From a virus: 64,000 nt of DNA. Made by a program: the position numbers and the translations under genes. Shown one piece after another: positions 57,661-64,000 of this stretch. Positions within the stretch are counted from its first letter, which is position 1. Each line of letters opens with the position of its first letter. The DNA lies in the IMG/VR virus record IMGVR_UViG_3300033153_008183, positions 1 to 64,000 of that record; one strand, given 5' to 3'. Under the pieces are notes generated by a model. The model had not been told where the DNA came from. It worked only from the letters and a program-made list of their open reading frames with translations, and did no database searches.

Positions 57661-58190
57661 CTTACATGCAATTGTCACTTAGTTACAATTGTTGAATGAT
57701 TGCAATTGCATAATCTGTCTATAGCATAGTTTAAATGGGAAGATGTAAAGAGTATAGTTACCACTTCTTACTACTTAATTACATAGGTTTTATTATTTAT
57801 ATATTACTACTATTTCTATTGTTATACTTATTAAGAACTATCTTCAATATTACTATGCTTGTATTCTATTGTACTTATCCTGTTATAGTTTATTCTATTC
57901 ATTGCTATTATTCACTCTATTCATTGCTATTATATCTATGATCATTATACCTATGCATATCGGATTAAATTATATCTATATCTCCTTTTGTATCCTATGC
58001 AATAACTCTTGTATTCATCCGGTTATATTCTTACTTACTATCCTTGCAATTGTATCTATTCTATTATTCACTTATCTATCATTATTTCACTGTTCAAACT
58101 GGACAAAATTTCCCTAAAAACTACTTAATATTTGTACAGTAAAAAAATAATTTATTTTACTATTTATATGTCAAATGACCAATAAATCGT

Positions 58191-58219
58191 TTGACATATG
58201 AATCTATTAATATTATACT
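58191..58219 (+). promoter_or_regulatory. Strong sigma70-type promoter for the 3-gene early operon
   Basis: TTGACA-17 nt-TATACT; the -35 is part of the inverted repeat ATATGTCAAA...TTTGACATAT. Confidence 0.8.
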
Positions 58220-58341
58220 CATATTAGATAGTAAGTAAACAGATAAGTTTTTATTATCTTAAAAAGGCAGTTCTGACAACCTGCAAATATTGACATAAAA
58301 AACAGTGAATATCTTAGTATATATACTGTACCATTCAAATG

Positions 58342-58395
58342 AAAATGCTTGTGTTTATACCCTTTATTTACAAAGGGTATTTGCATGATTATTTT
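58342..58395 (+). promoter_or_regulatory. Conserved leader hairpin, copy 1
   Basis: AAAATGCTTG...TGATTATTTT lower stem; ATACCCTT/AAGGGTAT upper stem. Confidence 0.65.
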
Positions 58396-58433
58396 ACAAT
58401 CAAAATAAATAGAGTTTAAAAGGATGTTTAATT

Positions 58434-58604
58434 ATGACCGCAACAGAAAAAATGATAAGTAGATTAGACAATGCAAATAGATATCAGGCTGAAGTAACAA
58501 GAAACACAATTACACCAAAACCCGTAAATTACAGCTTTAATTCAGCAAGTGATTTTAATGTATTTGTTAATAGCAAAAAGTCTTTTTATGGGATAAACAA
58601 ATAG
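58434..58604 (+). CDS. 56-aa early protein (not in ORF track)
   Basis: AAGGATG RBS; MTATEKMISRLDNAN... Confidence 0.65.
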   Translation: MTATEKMISRLDNANRYQAEVTRNTITPKPVNYSFNSASDFNVFVNSKKSFYGINK

Positions 58605-58663
58605 TCAATAAATAATGGTGTATGCCGTTATTAAAAATAAATAAGGGAAATAGGTAAAACAAA

Positions 58664-59089
58664 ATGGAGACAACTAAAAAAGCAACATTTACAGTAAATG
58701 AATTGAAAGACAGTGTAAAAAGCAAAATGGAATTTGCCGGATTATATGCAAAGCTAGCAAGTGTAAAAACTGTTGAATACGGTATTAAGTCTATTATCAA
58801 AGCTGAAGAATTAGCAAAACAGACTGTTGAATTTTCAAGAGATAAACTTATTGAATTAAACAAGTTTTTTGAAAGTAGAAATATTAGTAAAATGGATCTT
58901 TTGACAATCATAATTGAAATTATCATCTATGCTGTTAGTATTATGTTGCTTACTAATACCGGATCTATCCTATTCTTAATAATTGCCTTAATAGATGTTT
59001 ATTGCCTTTCTTACAATTTGACCGGTTTATTCATGAATATAGCCTTAAACCGATCAAATAGAAAAACAGTAAAAGTACAAGCTTTATAA
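58664..59089 (+). CDS. Early protein with two C-terminal TM segments
   Basis: Hydrophobic LLTIIIEIIIYAVSIMLL and ILFLIIALIDVYCL. Confidence 0.7.
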   Translation: METTKKATFTVNELKDSVKSKMEFAGLYAKLASVKTVEYGIKSIIKAEELAKQTVEFSRDKLIELNKFFESRNISKMDLLTIIIEIIIYAVSIMLLTNTGSILFLIIALIDVYCLSYNLTGLFMNIALNRSNRKTVKVQAL

Positions 59090-59092
59090 TCT

Positions 59093-59150
59093 TAAAATAC
59101 TTGTATTTACAGTCTACCGTCAAAAGTAGACTGTCTTTATGATTATTTTA
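59093..59150 (+). promoter_or_regulatory. Conserved leader hairpin, copy 2
   Basis: TAAAATACTTG...TGATTATTTTA; upper stem ACAGTCTAC/GTAGACTGT. Confidence 0.65.
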
Positions 59151-59185
59151 CTATAATCAAATAAATATTATAAGGATGTTTAAAA

Positions 59186-59992
59186 ATGGAACAAAAAACG
59201 ATTATGAGTAAAGAACAAGTAAAGGAGAGCAGGGAAGAAAGAGAATTCCGGCTTGCAAGGGAAGGGAAGAATTCAGCCCGTAATTATGCTGATAGTATGA
59301 TTATGAGTAAAGAACAGACCGGTTTCTGTCCATGTCAATTATGGGTGAATAACCATGAATTCAAGTCTATAAAGTTTACTGATAACATTGTACAGGCTTT
59401 TATAGGCAAGAAAAGAAAGACTATTCTCTATGAAATATGGGGTAAAGGTGGATTTGATAAAGATGAAGTAAACGAAGTATCAACGTCAAGGTTCCCAATG
59501 AGCTATGATGATTTTAGCGAATTCATTTATAGCGAATCTTCCCTTATATTTGTTGAAGCTTTACAATCTTATAATGCCTTGAAAGGTAGAAGTTTTTTAT
59601 CATGGTACTGGTATAAACTATCTGATTTAATGGTACGATTTTGGAGACAAGCCCATAAATTAGGTATGTCTAAAAACAGTCTTCAGGACTATACTGATAT
59701 TGGACGACAAAATAATGTTGACAATTCCATGGTTATTTTCAGGGAAAGTCTATCTACTTATGGCCGGAATTTACTTCTTGAACTAGAAACCGGTATTGGT
59801 TTCAAGCTTAAAAAATCGGACGTCAATAAAAACGTTTCTTGTCATATGGGTAAACGAAATTTTTGGGATACCTTTATTAAAGATAAGAAAATTACTTTTA
59901 ATCAATTTTCTATTGCGTGGGAAGAAATAAGGGAAGAATTCCAAAATTTGGAATTGAATAATACAGTCTTTACCATAGGCAAAACAGCATAA
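59186..59992 (+). CDS. Sigma-factor-like protein (region 2-like)
   Basis: SESSLIFVEALQSYNALKGRSFLSWYWYKL resembles sigma regions 2.2-2.3. Confidence 0.55.
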   Translation: MEQKTIMSKEQVKESREEREFRLAREGKNSARNYADSMIMSKEQTGFCPCQLWVNNHEFKSIKFTDNIVQAFIGKKRKTILYEIWGKGGFDKDEVNEVSTSRFPMSYDDFSEFIYSESSLIFVEALQSYNALKGRSFLSWYWYKLSDLMVRFWRQAHKLGMSKNSLQDYTDIGRQNNVDNSMVIFRESLSTYGRNLLLELETGIGFKLKKSDVNKNVSCHMGKRNFWDTFIKDKKITFNQFSIAWEEIREEFQNLELNNTVFTIGKTA

Positions 59993-60015
59993 AACAAGCT
60001 GCACAAGCTTACTTT

Positions 60016-60051
60016 AGCCGGTTGATACTAATCTATCAATCGGCTTTTTTT
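60016..60051 (+). terminator. Intrinsic terminator of the early operon
   Basis: AGCCGGTTGATA/TATCAATCGGCT stem followed by a T run. Confidence 0.85.
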
Positions 60052-60214
60052 GTGTCTATAGGGAAGTGATAAAGCAATGAAAAAATTCAAAATTTGACTT
60101 TCCCTGGTGAATAAAAATTTTTGAAAAATTCTGTCCAGTCTATACCTGATAATCTATAACAAAAAAACTAATATTCTTATGCAAATAATTCATTTTAAAC
60201 TGATAGTATAGTAA

Positions 60215-60317
60215 CTAAAAAACAATGTTTAATTTATACATTGTTTTATAACATCCTTTATTTATTTTGTGTTACAATCCGGTCAAATTATATCATCGGA
60301 TTGTAACACGGTTTTTT
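60215..60317 (+). ncRNA. Putative trans-acting antisense small RNA
   Basis: Promoter-like element upstream; 13-bp perfect stem plus T run at the end; core complementary to the RBSs of three upstream genes. Confidence 0.5.
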
Positions 60318-60517
60318 GTACAATAAAGGTGATAATCAGTCAATTGTCGATTTGTTTTATTTGTTTATAATCAAATATTGACAAATAAAAAAAACAGTAA
60401 AATAATAGATTATTTTTAATAAATCAAATAGTAAAAAATTCTGATAGAAAATAACCGTAAAAAACAGTAGAAAATAGCAATGTTTTTATCGTGATTGTTT
60501 CACAAGCAAATTTGAAG

Positions 60518-60558
60518 TTATCCACAATGTCAACAGGTTATTAACAAAGTTATCCACA
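60518..60558 (+). promoter_or_regulatory. DnaA-box cluster
   Basis: TTATCCACA at 60518 and 60550; TTATTAACA at 60538. Confidence 0.7.
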
Positions 60559-60950
60559 AGTGATTACGTACTTTTCAAATTTTCGAATTTTTACATTTTT
60601 AAAAAAGTAAGCTCGGATTCGCAGGGAAAATTTGAATTTTTTTTGAAAAACAATAGAGAGTTATAACAGTAAAGAATAAAACGGTATTCTCTCATATAAT
60701 ACAACAGTGTATTTTTTCCAGGATGATGACTGGACTAAAATTTTCACGTACTTTTCCTGGTATGAATAAAATTAAAAAATTTATGCATTTTTTTCATATT
60801 ACACTGATAGTATAATGTACAAAAAAACAATTTAAACTTATAAAAAATAATTAAAAAATATCATGTAAATAATTCATTTTACACTGATAGTATACATGTA
60901 ATTAAACAAGTAAAAAATATATTAAATATTGTAAATCATGCACTTATTGT

Positions 60951-61016
60951 AAACAATTTGATCCTGACCCCTTCCCCTATATAGGAACATATTAGGGGAG
61001 GGGTGGTGGTTGTTTT
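60951..61016 (+). promoter_or_regulatory. Long GC-rich hairpin before the early gene cluster
   Basis: ACCCCTTCCCCT/AGGGGAGGGGT stem closed by AAACAATT/GGTTGTTT. Confidence 0.55.
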
Positions 61017-61054
61017 ACCCGAGAATTTCGATTTGATTTATCCTGGAGGATATT

Positions 61055-61174
61055 ATGAAAAGAAAAGACAGATCAAAAGCCCAGTCTGTAAAAAGACTTC
61101 AGAGATCCATACGAAAGTTTGGTATGACTGATAATAAAGTATCAGCTCTGAAAGATCTCAAACATTCTGTATAA
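61055..61174 (+). CDS. 39-aa basic peptide (not in ORF track)
   Basis: GGAGG RBS; MKRKDRSKAQSVKRLQRSIRK... Confidence 0.6.
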   Translation: MKRKDRSKAQSVKRLQRSIRKFGMTDNKVSALKDLKHSV

Positions 61175-61217
61175 ATGTTTGGACGGACAGTTTACGACTG
61201 TCTGTTTGATTATTTAT
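61171..61217 (+). promoter_or_regulatory. Conserved leader hairpin, copy 3
   Basis: ATAAATGTTTG...TGATTATTTAT with a G:U-rich upper stem. Confidence 0.6.
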
Positions 61218-61228
61218 TGGAGGATCGT

Positions 61229-61507
61229 ATGGAATACGGTGATTTGAACAGCATTTTACTTGAGGGTAAGGTGGTTGAAACCCATGAAAAAGATTTTGTA
61301 ATCCAGTCTTTCAGGAATGCAGAAGATGAGGCTGGTGAAACTATTAAAATTGAAAATCGATTTCAGATTATGACTCCATTCGGTAGAAAGTACACCCTTG
61401 AAAAAGGTATGAATGTACGTATTGTCGGACGGCTGCAAGGTGAAGAATATGCTGAAAGAATCACTATTATGCCTGATGCAATAGAGATTATGAGGAGTGA
61501 ACCATGA
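61229..61507 (+). CDS. Tail-less SSB/PriB-like OB-fold protein
   Basis: LNSILLEGKVV...LEKGMNVRIVGRLQ; GGAGG before ATG 61229. Confidence 0.7.
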   Translation: MEYGDLNSILLEGKVVETHEKDFVIQSFRNAEDEAGETIKIENRFQIMTPFGRKYTLEKGMNVRIVGRLQGEEYAERITIMPDAIEIMRSEP

Positions 61508-61896
61508 AAGGTATAAGAATCTCCGAATATGAAAAGAGAGAATTTGAAGGATCGGATGCGGATCTTGAAACTTCCCTCTTTGAATATGGATTGATATGGA
61601 AGAAATTCAAGAGAGCTGTGAAAAAGTATCCATGCGTGAAAGGTGAGTATTTTTTTGTTGCTTATGATGGCCCGGAAGATGGTAAGAATGGACGATGGAC
61701 TACAGGGTGGATTGATCCTAATAGATATCCCATAGAAGAGGAATTTGACTGGGTTGACTGGACAGAATTTTTAGACTGTCAAGGTCAGACCATGGAAGAA
61801 TTTAAATCAATGGATTTTGGTATGCAAGTTTACATGCTGACTAATTATTATGGTGCTGATAATACCATAGGTTCAACAGGATGGTGGGAGACATGA
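61504..61896 (+). CDS. Hypothetical early protein
   Basis: GAGGAG RBS; ATGA overlap. Confidence 0.7.
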   Translation: MKGIRISEYEKREFEGSDADLETSLFEYGLIWKKFKRAVKKYPCVKGEYFFVAYDGPEDGKNGRWTTGWIDPNRYPIEEEFDWVDWTEFLDCQGQTMEEFKSMDFGMQVYMLTNYYGADNTIGSTGWWET

Positions 61897-62399
61897 TGAT
61901 TAAATGTGATATAAAGGAAGATCGCATGGGCAATATTACTGTCTATCCGGTTGCAAAACGACACAATTATCCTTCCTTGTTTTTCCAGGAAGGATCGCAT
62001 TATGAATTTTTGGAATCTCTTTCAAAATATGTTCAAGAAGCTATAAATGAAGGGTACACTGTTAAAATATTATTATCTGATGAATACTTCATGGATAGAG
62101 ATTTTGAAGATTATCTTACAGAAATTCTCCCTCATGGATCTGGTATAGACTGTGACTGGGAATTTTCTGAACAGAAAGATGGTAAATTAGTCTGTAAGAA
62201 TTCATATCATGCAATGGATGAATGGGGTGGTTATATTGGATTCATAGATTTTTCCATACGATTTCACCGGAAAAATCCTACAGATTTTATATTGCAGTTT
62301 CATACAAATAAGGCCGGTTATCGGCAAATTGAAAGAACTGATCTCCGTAGTTATTTGGATGATATATTTTATTATGCATTGGAGAAATTTGAAGCATAG
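61893..62399 (+). CDS. Hypothetical early protein (LPHGSGID motif)
   Basis: ATGA overlap; LPHGSGIDC.W...NSYH.MDE.G.Y.G. Confidence 0.7.
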   Translation: MMIKCDIKEDRMGNITVYPVAKRHNYPSLFFQEGSHYEFLESLSKYVQEAINEGYTVKILLSDEYFMDRDFEDYLTEILPHGSGIDCDWEFSEQKDGKLVCKNSYHAMDEWGGYIGFIDFSIRFHRKNPTDFILQFHTNKAGYRQIERTDLRSYLDDIFYYALEKFEA

Positions 62400-62407
62400 G
62401 TGGTGTT

Positions 62408-62842
62408 ATGAACAGAAAACAAGAATTACTTCATGAACTAATGGTCATGGAGAAAGAGAACCCCACAAAGAAGATAACAGCTCCTGGGGACGCTTTCCCC
62501 TTGTATGCTGAGTATTGTGACAAGAAGCAGGAACACTTCATGGTGACTACCCTTAATGGTGCACACGAACTGATTAAGACCCATGTTGTAAGTATTGGAC
62601 TGGTAAATCGGACTTTGGTACATCCACGGGAGATTTTCCGTCCAGCGATAGAAGATAATGCAGCAGCCATAATGATTTGTCATAATCATCCAAGCTCTAA
62701 TTTGGAACCATCTATTGAAGATAAAGAAATCACAACTCGATTAATAAAAGCTGGTATCATTATAGGAATAGAGATTTTAGATCATCTGATAGTTTCTACA
62801 AAAGGATATTACTCATTTCTTGAAGAAAATTTGTTGCATTAA
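62408..62842 (+). CDS. RadC-like JAB domain protein
   Basis: QEHF, VHPREIF, HNHPS..LEPS.ED and LDHLIV motifs. Confidence 0.92.
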   Translation: MNRKQELLHELMVMEKENPTKKITAPGDAFPLYAEYCDKKQEHFMVTTLNGAHELIKTHVVSIGLVNRTLVHPREIFRPAIEDNAAAIMICHNHPSSNLEPSIEDKEITTRLIKAGIIIGIEILDHLIVSTKGYYSFLEENLLH

Positions 62843-62851
62843 TCATAAAAT

Positions 62852-63202
62852 ATGGAAAGGAATGAAATTATGAGTGAAGAAGAATCTGTATGCATTATAG
62901 ACTTTGCAGGAAATTATAATCAATGTGGTGTCTGGTGTGATTATTTTCCAAAGCACAAAACTGTAAAATTTGGTGGTGCATGGTCTGACATACCTAATAT
63001 GCCGATAGATCATGAACCGGAACAAGATGAATGTTATGACTGGATTAAAAAACATAAAGAATTTGATTACAGTCAATTAGATAAACTGACTATAGCAATC
63101 ATTGTGGAAGATAATCCGAATGACCGAGATAAAGTCAGTAGATTACTTAAACAAGCATTGAAGGAGAAAATGGATGAGGCAGCAGAAAAAATCCAGGATT
63201 AA
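62852..63202 (+). CDS. Hypothetical early protein
   Basis: Same-strand packing. Confidence 0.6.
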   Translation: MERNEIMSEEESVCIIDFAGNYNQCGVWCDYFPKHKTVKFGGAWSDIPNMPIDHEPEQDECYDWIKKHKEFDYSQLDKLTIAIIVEDNPNDRDKVSRLLKQALKEKMDEAAEKIQD

Positions 63203-63332
63203 AGTACTCAGAAAGAAACTTGCAGAAATTGAATCGGGGAAGTGGAGAGCTACCGATGAAGATAAAAAGAAATTGAAACAGGCTTTAATTGATGCTGAAT
63301 TGATTGAACCTGAAAAGGAGGAGAATTGTTGA
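63174..63332 (+). CDS. 52-aa charged protein (not in ORF track)
   Basis: AAGGAG RBS 7 nt before ATG 63174; open to TGA. Confidence 0.5.
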   Translation: MRQQKKSRIKVLRKKLAEIESGKWRATDEDKKKLKQALIDAELIEPEKEENC

Positions 63333-63451
63333 AATAGAGAATAGTTATATTACCGGTTTTGAATAGTGATTGGGGGATGGTGGGTTATTCATCATGGAAT
63401 TTCAATCATCAAGACCGGCTGTGTAAATATTACTCTTGAAAGGAGTGAATT

Positions 63452-63655
63452 ATGACTGTAGAAGAAATCAAAAAAGCTGTAGATGAGGGAAAAACAGTTT
63501 ATTGGAGTAGTGAAATATATCCAGTAATTAAAGATAGAATAGGACAGTATCTTATCAATTGTACAATATCTACTATGTGCATTGGATTAACATGGTTGGA
63601 TGGTGTTACTTTAAATGGTACTGAAGATGAATTCTTTATTGCTTTGGAAAATTAA
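63452..63655 (+). CDS. Hypothetical early protein
   Basis: AAGGAG RBS; MT.EEIKKAVD.GKTV.W. Confidence 0.7.
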   Translation: MTVEEIKKAVDEGKTVYWSSEIYPVIKDRIGQYLINCTISTMCIGLTWLDGVTLNGTEDEFFIALEN

Positions 63656-63665
63656 AGGAGTTCAT

Positions 63666-64000
63666 ATGAGTGATATAAGTTTAGATGATTGTAGTCTGGA
63701 AAATTTAAAAGAGATATTGAGTTCAAAAATGAGAGAACTTAAAGCATCTCAGGATTATATTAATGGGATCACAGGTTTTGCTAATGAGGCTCATATCACT
63801 GTTATTCTTGAACGTGTTAAAAGACAGACAAAAGAATGTGAAGAAATTGTGCGTCACATAGAAAATAGAATGACTATTGAAAAACAGATACTAATTGGAA
63901 GTATTCAGAAAATAACAAAATCTATGGGTAAAAGATTGTCTCATGAAATATTGAAAACAAAATCCATAGAATCGTTGCGGTTATTTCAAATGGATCTTCT
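63666..64000 (+). CDS. Partial hypothetical coiled-coil protein
   Basis: AAGGAG RBS; open to the window end. Confidence 0.6.
   Translation, partial: MSDISLDDCSLENLKEILSSKMRELKASQDYINGITGFANEAHITVILERVKRQTKECEEIVRHIENRMTIEKQILIGSIQKITKSMGKRLSHEILKTKSIESLRLFQMDL

Larger units (their letters stand above)
60179..60894 (+). repeat. Three copies of a ~32-bp promoter-like element (60179, 60783, 60863)
   Basis: ATG(C/T)A...TTCAT(T/A)TTA(A/C)ACTGATAGTATA. Confidence 0.75.

Noticed and set aside
57259-58117. ORFs 57259-57447, 57735-57941 and 57869-58117
   Set aside because: Products of compositionally skewed low-complexity DNA, without a convincing RBS.
58290-58320. Additional TTGACA sites at 58290 and 60378 as promoters
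   Set aside because: No good -10 at 16-18 nt spacing; left uncalled.
56900-61050. Repeats as a CRISPR array
   Set aside because: No constant repeat with regular unique spacers, and no cas genes.
61175-61228. Upstream start of the SSB-like ORF
   Set aside because: It falls inside the leader hairpin; the GGAGG precedes ATG 61229.
1-64000. Stop-codon recoding, inteins/introns, tRNAs, integrase
   Set aside because: Core genes are uninterrupted and of normal length in the standard code; no cloverleaf or recombinase motif was recognised by eye (tRNAscan not run).

Overview
A 64-kb slice of an AT-rich, standard-code dsDNA tailed phage with a contractile (myovirus-type) tail. No integrase, tRNA, CRISPR or reverse transcriptase was seen. 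Four blocks are visible. (1) 1-17185, + strand: replication and recombination genes (helicase C-terminus, M23 peptidase, dUTPase, beta-clamp-like protein, family-A DNA polymerase with an N-terminal UDG-like domain, two DNA methyltransferases, clamp-loader ATPase, UvsY-like protein, SSB, RecA-like protein, RuvC-like resolvase, and a Rad50/SbcC split into pieces around Mre11/SbcD). (2) 17208-56899, - strand: late genes, running terminase, portal, HNH, gpF, lysis cassette, a ~13-kb compositionally distinct 'appendage' island, protease, capsid, neck, sheath, tube, frameshifted chaperone, tape measure, baseplate and fibre. (3) ~56900-61050: an AT-rich control region with two inverted DnaA-box clusters around a 3-gene operon that includes a sigma-factor-like gene. 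(4) 61055-64000, + strand: small early genes. The most striking unannotated signal is a putative ~100-nt small RNA (~60215-60317), with a promoter-like element and terminator-like hairpin, whose core is complementary to the ribosome-binding sites of all three genes of the upstream operon. This suggests a negative-feedback timer. Other highlights: a repeated structured leader hairpin; an island with a SPOUT-fold gene and a signal-peptide-bearing 1610-aa LamG/beta-helix protein whose LamG domains are bracketed by identical DNA boxes; and strong CCGG enrichment among otherwise scarce CG dinucleotides. All family calls come from motif recognition by eye. No searches were run.
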